DNA of 64,000 bases from Trichoplax adhaerens (taxonomy: Eukaryota; Animalia; Placozoa): the NCBI RefSeq assembly GCF_000150275.1, contig NW_002060967.1:496001-560000 (forward strand). The letters run 5' to 3'. The position numbers and the translations under genes were made by a program. Numbering within the stretch: position 1 is the stretch's first letter; the number at the start of each line of letters is the position of its first letter. Of the stretch, positions 27,130-41,800 are shown in pieces. The notes under the pieces were generated by a model. It searched no databases and was not told the origin of the DNA. It saw nothing but the letters and a program-made list of their open reading frames with translations.

Positions 27130-30023
27130 ATGGCTTTTAGTCCTAGTACAACAATTGTATTAGTTGTTTCTCTCGTTGCTATTATGGTCGTCATCTTGTT
27201 GGGCAACATTATGGTTTTACTGACATTTTATAAGCCTTTACATTCAACCAATTTGCCACCTAGTTTATTTCTAATTACTCTAGCGGCGATCGATTTAACG
27301 CTGGGCTTAACGTTACCTTTTTCTATCGTCACTTTGTTTCATTCAACCCGTTGGATTTTAGGCAGTTTTATGTGCCAATTAGTTGGCTATTTGAATTTAG
27401 TTTGCGGTATTCTATCTGTCCACACTTTGGCAGCTATTGCCTATGATAGGTAAGGAAATAACTTCTAGACTATGTTTAAATAAATTCTATTTACAGGCAA
27501 TCATCCTGCAGTTAGTTTACATAAAATGTTATTGTACTGCCTTCTCTTGATTTAATAAAGGGTTTCGGTCCTTGCGGTTTTGTTGATTCATTAAACAAAT
27601 CTAATCCTCTCAGGCGTGTTGACGATAAAAATATAATTTTCTATCCATTAGACAGTATAAATCGAGATATTAGTTTTCTAGAGGATTAAATATTCAGTCT
27701 TAATCTCTGTAGGCCATAAATCCAAGCATTATAATTTCCCGATTGCAGTCGCTTCGCCATTGACAGCTAGAGTTCTATTTACTTCGTGAAGGAATGAATA
27801 TTGTTCAGTCAAGATTTCAATTTATGTTGTTTTCTTGATTATGTTGAGAGGTGATTACGCATCGATAGACGGGTCTATTGAGCTCATTTAGACATTATTT
27901 TAAAGTATTCAATTAATAACTACCAATATGCAATTAGCGTATACTTGATTCGCTCATCCTTCATTTTCCACAAGTTTAATTCGATCTTTTGATTAATCTT
28001 AAACTATGGAACAATTCCTTATTTTGCAATTTGATTTCTGGTTTACTTTGACGTTAAAGGCTTTTAAATTTACTTTTGCCTTTGAGTAATAGCATTTCTT
28101 GGTACATGGTAGATTGCATAATCTATTCTTTCTTCTACTTAGTCTGATATTATGAATGATTTTGAAACTTTTGAGCTGCTTATCTTTTTTCAACATAAAT
28201 TCTGGTCTACTTTTACTTCCCCAAAAATGAGGTATAGAATTTATTCGCATTTAGTAGCGTTGATCGCTCGTCCACGACTTTTTCTATTCTAATTTGACAT
28301 TAGGATTGATCCGAAACCGTTCAATAGCTTTTTTTCTATCATGCTTTTTGTCTTATTTGGAGTTATAGAAACCTTCAGTTATACTGTTTCTGCTGATTTA
28401 TTCCATTCTTTAGCAAATAATAGGCTGGATGCTGAAAAAAGCTGATGACTTATACATATTCGACTTAAAATAAGCTATCATCAACTAAAATAATTCTAGG
28501 TATCGGCGTAAATGTGTATACTCTATAGGTTAATATCATTTGTTCCTTTGCACTCCAAATTCAATTAATGATAGTAAACACGACAACAAAAAAATGTGTT
28601 ATTATACATATATATATGTTACGTAACCTATGTTATATATCAATAGAAAATAACCTACAATTAAGTGAAACAATTCTAGATGTTATGTATATATACATTA
28701 TATAAATTAATATATACGTAAGTAACTAAATGCCATAGTATATATCTGTATTGATTGTCTTACAAGAATTTGTTGTTTTTGGGTACTAAATTCAATTTAT
28801 GATAGTTAGGGGAGAAAGTTAATAAAAAAATCTCAAATAATTGACGTAGTTAAAAGTTATGCTATAAGAAATTGAGACAATTCTACATCATACAAATTAA
28901 TACTCGTATAAGTAAATAGATACTATACGTAGTATATATGAATATCTATATCGATTGATGTACAAGAAGTTATTGCTTTTGCGCTCTAAATTCAATTTAT
29001 GATAGCCGGGAAAAAGACGATGAAAATCTACTAATCATTAATATACCTTGTAACATAACTATAAGATATGCTATCGTGAATTAAAGTAGTTGTAATTATA
29101 AACATTTACATTCTATAAATTAATATACGCAAAAGTAAATATCTGTCAGGAAAATAGCTGTATTGGTAAACAAGAATTTGTTGCCGTCGGAATTATGACA
29201 GTCATTAAGTAAATAGAAGGATGAAGAGTTTTTGTTATAACTGTTTTTCGGATAGATAAGTAATTAGTAGAACAAATCGAGAAATCTAGGGCTGAGAAAT
29301 GATTTAAGAGTATGATTTTGAAAATTACGGAAAGTTAATATTTTCTAATTCCAGATAACCGACTTGAGAGTTAAAATTCTCTTTGATCATAATGGTTGCA
29401 ATTTCAATCTCTTAATAGCTTGTCTTTTATCATTTAGATATGTAACAATTCAGAGTTTTCGTCGCCGATCCGTTCGCAAAAGTAAGAGGACAGTGGCTAT
29501 CCTCATTTTTATGTGGCTATTTGCATTATCAACTGGCGTTGGACCACTAGTCGGTTGGGGGAAATACGGCCATCTCCAAAATGAAACAACGTGCAAAGTC
29601 GATTATAATTCGAGTCCAAGTTTTACATTATTTCTTGCTGTTACCGGTTATGCTCTACCTTTAGTAATAATGGTTATTTGCTACAGTCATGTTTATCATA
29701 ACGTTAGGAAAGCGACCAAATCGATTACTCCGCTAATTTATAGCCAATCATTGAGTCAAATTATTTCTCACCGTGAAGCGAAAATACTCTATGTCTGCCT
29801 ATTGATGGTACTCGTATTTTTACTTTGTTGGTCGCCATTTGTAATTGTTCACGTACTTTATGCCTTAAAATGGCCCGTTTGTAACGAATTAAGAGCCATA
29901 ACATCGTGGATAGCGGCTGCAAACTCTGGTTGCAATCCAATCATTTACATGCTGATTAATACTAAATTTCGGAGATCTATTTTGCTCCATCTTCCTAGAT
30001 GTTATTTCTATAAGCGATCATAA
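27130..30023 (+). CDS. Class A (rhodopsin-like) GPCR, opsin-like without the retinal-binding lysine (placopsin-like), 2 exons, about 301 aa
   Basis: Exon 1 (27130-27449) has TM1 GN, TM2 LAAIDL, W.LG..MC and TM3 ..IAYDR. Exon 2 (29438-30023) completes DR|Y and has GWGKYG..TTCKVDY, CWSPF and NPIIY. TM7 reads SWIAAANSGCNPIIY. Confidence 0.9.
28520..29190. repeat. Decayed tandem repeat of about 200-230 bp in the GPCR intron
   Basis: AAATTCAATT(A/T)ATGATAG at about 28557, 28788 and 28988; CAAGAA(T/G)TT at about 28763, 28963 and 29171. Confidence 0.7.
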
Positions 30024-32889
30024 GACGAAAGATATTAGATCTAACGTAATATACATTATTATTGAATATTGTATTCGCCACAACAGCTGAGCTCATAGTG
30101 GCCTTAATATATAGATACTGTAATCTGTGATAATATTATCCTGATGCAATTAATCGTCCATGCATCTAGAAATTTGTCATTCTCCAATACTTATAAACAG
30201 CAATGCAACTTGATTTTATTCCTAAATTACTGTTAATGCACGGATGTTTCTGGTATTTCAATAGATTCAGTATTATTTTAATCTACTATTTCAGTGAAAC
30301 TAAACACCTTGCGATGTAAAAACTACTCACATTGTTGCTTAATCTACCATCTTAAATTGCGAACTGATTATATATAATTGATTGTTTACTGAATTACTGT
30401 ATGGATAAATTTTAATAGGAATATTCTGTACTGAAGCACCGTAGAATCTTGTTGCTTAAGTACTAACTTGATCATCGTGAATAGCAGCTGCTTTATCGTA
30501 GCCGAGCTTACAATTCTATTGATGTAAAGACTATTGATATTGTAAATTACCTTAATGTCACTTCTCATGAACTTAATCATGCATCAGTTTAAAAAATTTT
30601 GCCATATTCCAATGTCATAGACAGTAATGCAAAGTATATTCAGCAGTGCGTGAACTTTGATGATGTTTCAATGCATATAGGGTATATTTATTCTACTATG
30701 TCAGTAAATCATGCAGAATATGTTGTGATGAAAATTTACGGTTATAATTTGCTGAATCTGCCTATCTAAAATATTTAATTAGTCAATTAATGCCAGATTT
30801 CTGTATACACGTAGATGAATTTAAATACCTAGGTTCCGTGTTAATATAGAAGTTTATTACTGTAATTGAGTATTACTTTAATTTGGTAATTAACATGCGA
30901 ATAGCGGAAGCTAACTTTACTGTAGGTGTAATGACTCACCTACTAGGAGGAATTTTCGGAAAGCTATTCTGCTATTTTTACCTAGTTGTTATAACGATTT
31001 TAAGGCGGTAGTATCAGATCTGATATGATACTCATTATTATTTAAATGCTTATTCGCTAATACAGCTGAGCTTACGTAAGTAGCTTTGATGTCCAGATAT
31101 TTTCAGCTGCTTATTGTTTATGAAGAAATTTAAATATGTATCAATTCTAGAAAATTTTCCATTTCTCTTATATCATACTTATCCGAGACAGTTATGCAAT
31201 GTGCTGTTGCTAGCAGCACATAATCAAGGCTTAGATTGGAATTTTCAAAGATACTAGGATATTATTATTGTTTTGATCTTCGATCTCATTTTTAAATATC
31301 TGGAATACGTTGTGATGCTAATTGTTCCTTATATATAAATTCGTTAAAATCCGCTGACTAAAACATTTGATGGATCTATTATTTGCTAGAAGCTACATAA
31401 ATTAATTTTTTCTGCGCAGTTTTCATACCAAGGTAGTATCTTATAACAAACATACGCATACATTTGATTTGATAACAATGTGCTAACAACGAATAGCAGT
31501 GCTGACTCTAAGTATACGGTAATCATTCACAGACTACAGTAGTACTAAAATTTAGGAAAGCCGTTTACTGCATTTGCCTGGAGGCTATATCTAGCGGTAA
31601 ATCTAAGACCGTAGTATCATATCTACCAAAGTAGGATGATTATAATTATATAATTATCAGATTTTCTGTTCCCTAATACAGGTAGAATTAAGCAGAATGT
31701 AATCGCGTAGATTTAGTCTAGCAGTTGAAATGATAGAAAATCAATCTACAACATGATACTCTTTCTTTTGGCTGACTTGACGATATAATACTGAGTTTAC
31801 ACGTTCAATATAAACGGAGTTTTACAACTCCGAAACTGAATTACATTACAGTCCAGCGAAATCACTCAGTTTGCATAAAATAATTCTACAAGTATGACGT
31901 AGTTAATACCTTTTATCTTGAAACGACGTCAAAGCCATAAAATAAACAGCAGAATACAAGTAAATTGAAAAAGGCATACGATCCGAATCAAATTGTATTA
32001 ATATCACACTTCAATTCTGAATTATTTTTCACAAAAAGTATCATCGACAATGTTTGCTGTTTCATTCGTACTTTATTAGCGCTGACAGGCAGCTAAACTA
32101 ACAGATTGCTTTCTTGCTAAAGATCCTCTGCTAGTGGAACTTTACTGTAAAATTATTATATAATAGCATTAAAATGCACCAGCATTTAGAAACGTAAATC
32201 AATTATAGCTCGATATATAAATTACTAATGAAAAGTTGGAGCACATGGCTATAACAAGCCATCATATATATCTTAGAAAATTCTCTGTGTATTCAGGTAT
32301 ACTTTTGCTCATTCTCAAGGCTGATTTCATAAAAATAATCCGCAGTGCAATAGCAATAGTTATAATTTTGAGGAACAAAATTTGATACAACAAAATGAGA
32401 TCTTTCACTTATTCCATTGTCACAATTATGTCCTATAGCGTAAATTTTTTCTGCGCTACATTTTAAAGTTAAAGTATTATATTATGATATTTCTTGTCAA
32501 CATAAATAAAAAGCACAAACAATTGAAGTAAAAAGAAAATTGTAATTGCTATATGAGTGGTATCTAAAGGTTTGGCAATGTGGATGCCGTAAAATGCCAA
32601 ATGAATTCTTCGGAGCAATATGCAAATTACGAATATTTTTGAATGTTAAAAACTTTGTACATTTTGCTATAGCAAATTGAGTAAATAACCAAGATGTTAT
32701 GTAATACTAAGTTATATAATTTAGGTAATATATAAATACTATACAAAACAATAGAAGATTTTTAACTTTAGATACTAAATAATCTTTTGGGAATATACTG
32801 TACAAAAGCGACATTTCTCATCAGGAGCGCTTTATTGTGGAGTAAGACCTACTTAATAATTAGATAAGCACTGCGTGAAAAATAACATC

Positions 32890-35800
32890 TTATTTCCAAC
32901 GAGATAAAAAGCCAAATGATCCCATGTTTGATACGTTAGAGTCAGCCGAATTGTCTAGCTTTCGATTTTCTGTAGGATTAAAAATAGGAGTAATTGTCAT
33001 TACAAAAAAAATCAGTTAAGACTCAAGTAATATGAAGAAAAAGCTAATTGCAAAAGAGAAAGGTTAGAAGTTGCTGAATTCTCGCATTGAGACTACAGAA
33101 CCAAAACTCTTATATTTCCAAACCTACTTTTGATCTTTTCGGTGACAACGTTCTTTTCGTCATGTGTAAGTTTTAATAGTGTCGTAAGAACAGGTATAAG
33201 CTGCTCTTTTTCATCTCCTTGAGCTAAAACAAACTAGATTGTAGACGTATACATGGTTTAGGTATTAGTAGATCAGGGTGCTAAACGAGGCTAAAAATTA
33301 GGTTGTTATAGAAATATTACCTTCAAAATGATATTCTTGAGGTATTCCAGATTTGATAATTCCTGGCTTCTAGCTTGATTTCTTTCCAACCTGTCGATTA
33401 CAAAGTAAGTTTTAATAACATTAAACGAAATTTTTAATAGAAGAAAGTCATTTCGTAATTATATTAATCAATGGCCGCAAAGTAAAGCAAACGATTTCCC
33501 AGCAAATGAAAACGTTTCAATTTTTAGGAAGGCTAAATAATGATATGTATAGAAGTGCAAGACCTTCTGATTTCTTCCTTTAAGACTTTCGCTTGTTCTG
33601 TCATTACAGAACAGTGATCCTCACTATCTTTGAGTAACTAAGCAAAAAAGCATTATTTCAATGAAATCTATTATGATTGAGGTAAATAATAGATAGAACT
33701 AGATAGATTTACTTGACTTAAGTGTTCAATCTTTTGCTTTTGAACTGTGAGTTGCGCCTGGTTGGTAGCTTTCAATTGTTCAACTATATTCTCATCCGTT
33801 GGAGAATTTACAGTGGTTGCCAATGAACTACTTGAATGTTCTAAAGAAATGAATCAGTTTGTTATATTGCATTGCAATGCAAAGGATGAGAAACACAAAT
33901 TGTGCGAATGCAGTAAGTTTGAAAGATAAACTATGACACGAGGTACCTCCACTGCTATCTTCCGTTAATGAAAGGATCTTCTCTAAAGACGGCGCATTAT
34001 TTGTAATTGCATTCTTACGAAGGATAAAAAATTGTTAAAAATTAAATTTTGCTACCGAGAGATAATTCGATAATTATTTACTTGAATGGCAATCGGCTCA
34101 GATTCTATTCGATCATTTATCTATTAATAACAAATAAAATAGACATTATTCACAGTTTTGAAAAAGCGACATTTAAGCAAGCTACGACAAACCTCCACTT
34201 CCCCTTTATCATCTACTTTTTCATTATCTAATCGTAACTGTTGTAACTGATGTTGTATTTGTTGTTGTTGTAGTTTATACAACTTCTGATTTGCTTCATC
34301 TAACTGTATTTGTAGCTTCTCGATTTCCGCACCATGGTTTTCTTTCATTGTTTGCATTTCATCCTATGTTTGGCATTGTCCATATAAGATTAGGTTTTAG
34401 CGACTTACTTTTACTGTAAATATCATAATAACACACAATACGAATGCATACACACCTTAAAAGCAGCTGCCATAACTTCGTTACGCCTCATAAGATGGCG
34501 GACTGCCTCTGCTTGTTCTCCTGCAGCTAATGAGGCATCTGATGTCAACTGTTCTAGCTGATCCTTCCAACTATTCTCTTTTTCTTCTAGATGCTGAGAT
34601 AATGTACTGTGCCTTATTTTCAATTGTTCCATTTCACTTTCTATTTCCTCCTTATCATTTATAGCTTTATTCAAATCCGACCTTTAATTAATATCAAAGT
34701 TTTGATTATACAGTGCTATCACTGTTTGCTTCACTATAGAATTTAGGTTTAGTTGCTGCTTAAAACATTAAGATTTTATTACAATAATAGTACACGACAT
34801 GGAATAAAATGTTTACGCGGATATCAGCAAATTTTAAATTTTTTATACTGACTGTAATTTTTCAACTTGCTCTTTCAACTGAGAACATAATTGTTCAAAT
34901 TGTAGCCTAAATCAAAATATCAATGCATACGCGTATGTTAATTTTTATTGTTAAGCTGTATACGAGTATATAAGAGAGCACAATTATCAGATTGAAATAC
35001 CTTTCCCGCTTTTCATGATCTAATTGGGCCTGAATTGAGGATTTCGATTTCTGACTCTTTAAGACACTATGAACGCGAACTTTATAACTCTCATACTCGG
35101 TTCGCATTGACTCAAATGAGGCGTTACATTTATCCTTCTCGGACTGTACAGACGCTAGGTCAGTTTCCAGCGCATATATCCGTTCTTGTAATTCTTCACA
35201 AGACAAGTGGCCCTAAGGAAAGATTATCCATTAAAACCTTCTCACTGAAATAAAATTTCCTATTAAATGTTTACATTAATACCTTTTCCTTAACTTTATT
35301 CAATTCCGCGGACAAGTAGGCAATTTCCATCTAATGAAAATAAATTACTTAAGTTCAGTTATTGTTATACTACAGTACAGTAATTTATTATGCTCATTAA
35401 ATTGTATTACGGTATATAAAATACCTTTTGTTCTTCAATTTGTAATTTTCCTTGTTCGATTTCAGTTCTAAGATCGCTTTCAACTGATTTCTGCTCTGTT
35501 TCCTGAAATAAAAAGACAGAAGGTACAGGTTAACTATCTTGCATAAATAGCAAACGTAGAAATTTATCATACTTTGGCTTTGGCATTTGTTAATTCCTTC
35601 TTCATCATTGACCAGCCACCTTTTAATTTATTAAATTTTTCTTCAATAGTAGATTTGGTTTGCTGGACACTATCTGTTATAAGTACCCGTTAGGTAATGT
35701 CAGTGAAAAGATGATGAAATAAATTCTCAAACAATCAAGAGATACCTAGATTTATTTTAGTGTTTGCTACTTCGTCTTCTTTTTCTCTCAGTTTTTGATT

Positions 35801-38800
35801 AAGTTTAGATATTTGCTCATCTCTCTCTAAAACTTTCGTTTGTGATGTTTCGAGACTTCGCTTATAATCTTCCATTTCAAGATCAATTACTTTACACTGT
35901 TCCGCTTCCTAAAGGGAAGGTATCCAATTTTATGAATTGGAGATTACTACTACACTCACAAATTCTACAATACAAACCTTTGCGTATTCCTCAATTTGTA
36001 ACGTTAACAATCGTTTTTCCTCTTTTAAATTGGAGGTATCATTTTCGAAATCTTGCACTTGGCTATAAAGCTAATTGTGGTTACATGAATAACAAAATAA
36101 GTAAACAAAATACTGTAGCAGATGCACAATTCGATTTGGCAAAGAAGGTAGCTTATAGCTATGAAAATACATCAGCAATGAATTAATTACACCTTCTTCA
36201 AGGAAAATATCTTATATATGGTAAATTGCTTAAAACCGTTATTGTTATAACTCTTGATTATGACAATAGACTAAGATACTAAATCTAAATAGTATAAATA
36301 CGAAAACAAGTCATGCTAGATAAGAGACATCATTTGTTCACCTGTTTAATTTTGTCCTGTAACTCAACTTTCTCCGAGCTTAATGCCTTTCCTCTATTTT
36401 CTAGCTCTGAGCGAATGCTTTCTAATTTGCCGATACGTTCTATTAGAGACTGATTTGAAAAGAATATGTAAGATAATTTTTCCTTATATTTAATATACTT
36501 AGGAAAAAAGTACTAGTTTCATTACGGCCAAATCTTACATCTCTTTCTTTTACAGTATCATTAAGCCTGATTACTAAATCATCTCGAGTTACTTTCAGAT
36601 TTTGAAAATCACTGACAAGACTCTAGAAGTCAAAACAATATCTGATGTTAAGTAGTAGGGATTTACACAGTAAAATAGATTTTAACGATAATTAATAATG
36701 AGCACGAAAGGAATTTGATTTTATTTCCTTCCTGTGATTTACGTGTACGTCATGAGTGGGCTTATTTACCGTTTTATTCGAAAGCAGATCTTGTAAATCC
36801 TTTTCATATTGCAGGCACCTGAAATTAAGTGTTTTAAGTACTTTAATAGTCTAAATCTAATAGTCAAAATCCGCTTACCTGTCATTTAATTGTATTATTT
36901 TTTCGTCTTTGTCAGACAGTGTTTCTTGCAGTTGCTATAGAGAAATAAGAACAAAGCTTACTTGTACATGGATAATTTAACGTAAATATGAGAAAGCTGG
37001 CGTATTAAAAGTTTATAAGTCTTAAACCTCATATTGCTTTTTAAATTCCACTTTTGTTTCTTCGAGTTCCACACCTAATTGTTCTGATTCCTATGGAATA
37101 TTGAAATAAAATCTTTAAATGATGGATCTTGGCAAAGCATCGACATGTACTATTCTATAGAATCAGAGTGGTAAAGCTTACCTTGCCTGCCATCTGTAAT
37201 TGTTGGAACAGTTCGTCTCGCTCAGATGCCACCTTTTCAAATTCCGATTCTATTTTCTTCAACTAAAAGAAAAGTATTTCAAAAAGGTAGCAAATCGTTG
37301 AAACTTATAACTAAATATATTACGATTACAGCCATACGCGAATTTAAAGCTTTCAATCGGGCTTACGGACTATAAAATGACTACCTCAAGCACAGACTCT
37401 TCTAGGTTTAACTCTGATACTTCAAAATTTGATTTTACTTCTTGATACTTTTGTTCTATAATCTGATGTTCCTTTTTCAATTGTTCTACGATGCATAGGC
37501 AATATGATACTACTTAGTATCAATACGACTATACTAGTAAATGCTCATGCTAAAGGTAAGTTAACTGGCTAAGTACTGTTACTTGATAATAATTCTTGTT
37601 CTTTAGCATGATTTTCGATCTCGTCAATGGTAGCCTATCAAAAAAAGCATTTTTGAATTTAAAATATTTATAACTTTATAGAAAAGCATAGTATATACGT
37701 ATTTACTGTACATACAATACGCTCGCTTTCAAAGCTTATTTGTTCATTTAATTTTTGATTATCTGTTTCAAGAGCATCAACTTTTTCTTTGAGTTCCTAA
37801 ATATTTTATGATTACACAATTGTATACATATTAGTGGCATAAATATCAGCTTATTTAATAATACAAAGCTTCAATTGGATGACTAACATTAACAAGATCA
37901 TTCATATCTTTATGCTCTTTCGATTTTGATTCTGAGTCATTTGTAAGTTGTTCAGTAAGGTCCTAAAAAGTAACCATCGATACAAATTCCTTTACTTCAA
38001 TTCATTTTCTGCCATCTAATTTTAAATTTAACACAATAGAAAGGCAAACTTACAGCAACTTTTGCCTCTGCATCAGTTTTTTCTTGAATTGTATGTGAAA
38101 GCTCATCTCTTGTACAATGTAATTGTTTGTTGAGTACCTGAAAAAATGCAAATTTTTTCAATTTCTGATGGCGCTTTCATAGCGGATTTAAAAATTTCGA
38201 AATCCTATGCGCGTGTCTAAGATCTCACTTCTATGGTATTCTCTGCATCTTTGAGTGAATTATGTTCATTTGCTGATATTTGACGAAGTTCTTCAAGATC
38301 CTTCGATACACTCTCGAGGCGGGAATGATATTCCTTCAAAATTTTTGTATACAGGAGAACTTTAATTCTGTGGCTACCGGTATACTCTAAATCCAGTATG
38401 CATACCTCTTTAAGATTCGATTCATTTTCCGAGCTCGATTTACGAATATCGTCAAGTTCATCATTTAAGCGAACAACTTCGGCTTTTAGACTCTTATAAA
38501 TTCGATTTGAAGACGATATTATTGACAAAGTCTAGCAGATACGAAAGATGCCTTATACAAATTAGACCTACTTCACAGATAACATCTTTCTGTTCGGCTT
38601 GCTCTACTTCTAATTTCAGTTTTGATCGTAACTGATTTACCTCTGTCTTAAGTTCCTACACAAAATAGTTGAAGGGACGTTAACGATCTGGAAATAACAC
38701 TGCTTTACCGTTATACAGTACCTCTACACTTTCCATTAAGTCTTGTGCAGTGTTATCACTTGCGTTAAGTTCTGAAGCTAACCGTTCACACTCCTGAATA

Positions 38801-41800
38801 GAAATTTAACTTAAGGCGCAAAATATATTCAAATCTAATAGCTCTAGCTTACTAAGTTACATTCCCATATTTTTACTGTGAAAAGGCATTTTGGCACAAA
38901 CTTACCAAACCAGCAGACCTAAGTTCTTCGAGTAGATTATTTCTGTCCTGGGTAATTCTTCCTACATCGTTCTCTAAGGCGTCACGCTAGCAACATTTAA
39001 AATGCCGGTATGGATAAGTAAATTTTACATATTACACACTAAGAATGTACCATTTTAAGACATTATAAATTATCTATACCTGGGTTTTAATTTCATTCGC
39101 TTCAGTGGTAATATCTTTAAGATTTTGGTTTAATTTAATTAGATTTTTCTGCAATTCAGTGATGGAGTTCGCGGACTTTTCTATTAAGGTATAATTCATT
39201 AATTAATTAACTTAGTGGATGCGTTACAATAATATGAAATACTCACCTTCAATTTCTTTTCCTGCAGAGGCTTCATGCTTAAGTCGTGTCACTTCGTCCT
39301 AATTTATTGTAAATAAGTTCATTTTGCAATACTTAATTACAATATTAATCAAAATTATCTGCTTAAGCCATACTATGATCAGGAATGTATCATTTCAGAT
39401 TAGTTAGCGAAATTATTACGGATTACTAAAGGAAAATATAGAAAGCATACTATAAGCTTTTGTTCAGCGGCTTGTGACTCCTCTAAGTTCGATAATATGC
39501 TATCCTTATAAATCATGAGATCATCTAATTGCGCTTTCATCATCTATTCAAGAAATATCATCGATTGAAAGAATGATTAGTGATTACTACATCCAATAAT
39601 GTTTCAGCATAGTGGTAGAACGTTATTCTGACCTCATAATCCTCCGTCATAGCTTGAAATTTCTCTTTTATGTCTTTATCAGTATCTTCTTTTTCATTCT
39701 ACATCATGATTTAAGCATATTATTACAATATCGCTATATGCAATTTATCGTTGATGCTACAATTTCTATAGACGTTACAAACCGTGCGCTCAATAACTGC
39801 TGCTGTGTTCGCAAGATCTGTAGTTAAATTGGCGATTTGCTCATCTAGTTTCTATAATTGTAACGAAATTGATTATAAAATTATCATTACTAGCGTTCTC
39901 TAAGTTCATAAGGTGTTTGCAATTGTGGTAATTATTCAGAAGTGTATTAGCAACCTTGATTTTGTCATCGCGATCACAAAGGTCTTGCTGTTGTGAATCC
40001 ATTTTTTGACGTAATCCATTTATTTCTTCTTTGGTAGATAATAGCTTTTGTTTTAATTTCTGTTACATTAAATTAAGTTGTAAAAAATCAGTTTTACTGT
40101 TGCGTATATTGAACGAGTCTATTGATCAATATCCTTACATTAATAATTGCATTCTTAGTAGATGTTTCTTTAGAGAGTTCTTCAAATTTTGTGCTCAATT
40201 CTTCTTTTTCAACTTTATACTGATTAACTGATTCATTTAATTCCTAAGCAGAATGCCACAATATCTAGTTATCTAATTGTTGATTAATAAGAATTGCATG
40301 TAATTCTATTCCATAGGAAGTCCTTACCTCTACTAATTTAGATAGATCGCTAGAAACATTATCTTTGGCGTTTAATGCCACTATTAATTCTTCTTTGACA
40401 TTTTCTAATGACTCTGTTAGTAATGCTTTCTCTTGCGTAGAGTTATTTAAAAGCTTGCGTAATTCCTAGTATTGTTATTTTGTATCAACATTATCTACTC
40501 GAAGTAGTCTATTTGCTATGACGAACAATCGAAAGTTGCTAAAATATGAATTTCTAAACCTCAGTAACGGTGTCCATATTTTGTATGTCTTGACGTTCTT
40601 GACATAGTAATTGATCTTTTTCTTTTATCGACTCTAGCAGATCCTGTTTCGATGCCTGATGGATAAAAAAGGAATAGTTTAGAAAAGATATGTAATCTTA
40701 AAAATGTCGCAATAAAGCGAATAAATACTGCAGAAGTTACTTCGAATTTCTGAATTAAATTTCCATTGTTGGATTTTTCTTCTTGCAATTGAGTCTCTAG
40801 CTCGTTTATTTTTACTTGCAACTGTTCTATTTGTGACTGATAATAAAGATGTAGACTTTAATTAAGAAAGTTAATTTCCCTTATACAGTAAGCGTAAACA
40901 TTTACTGGATCATTTCAAGAATATATGAAATGATAGTGGGAATGCAACGATGATGAAAATTGAGAAGATTTGCGTAATGGCCGAGTAATAGTCTTCTGCT
41001 ATTAATGTAGGTTTACCTACGTAACCCAAAATTTGAGTTGACAAAATTGAGTAATTCCTTAATATGACCTACTTAACTACTACAATTAGCTGAGATCATT
41101 ACATTACCTTGACTTTGTCATCCTGATCACAAAGGTTTTGCTGTTGTGAATCCATTTTTTGACGTAATCCATTTATTTCTTCTTTGGTAGATAATAGCTT
41201 TTGTTTTAATTTCTGTTACATTAAATTAAGTTGTAAAAAATCAGTTTTACTGTTGCGTATATTGAACGAGTCTATTGATCAATATCCTTACATTAATAAT
41301 TGCATTCTTAGTAGATGTTTCTTTAGAGAGTTCTTCAAATTTTGTGCTCAATTCTTCTTTTTCAACTTTATACTGATTAACTGATTCATTTAATTCCTAA
41401 GCAGAATGCCACAATATCTAGTTATCTAATTGTTGATTAATAAGAATTGCATGTAATTCTATTCCATAGGAAGTCCTTACCTCTACTAATTTAGATAGAT
41501 CGCTAGAAACATTATCTTTGGCGTTTAATGCCACTGTTAGTTCTTCTTTGACATTTTCTAATGACTCTGTTAGTAATGCTTTCTCTTGCGTAGAGTTATT
41601 TAAAAGCTTGCGTAGTTCCTAGTATTGTTATTTGTATCAACATTATCTACTCGAAGTAGTCTATTTGCTATGACGAACAATCGAAAGTTGCTAAAATATG
41701 AATTTCTAAACCTCAGTAACGGTATCCATATTTTGTATGTCTTGACGTTCTTGACATAGTAATTGATCTTTTTCTTTTATCGACTCTAGCAGATCCTGTT

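Noticed and set aside
30024-32889. 2.9-kb gap between the GPCR and GCC2 3' ends, including ORF 30386..30580
   Set aside because: No consistent exon chain or repeat structure detected; treated as UTR or intergenic.
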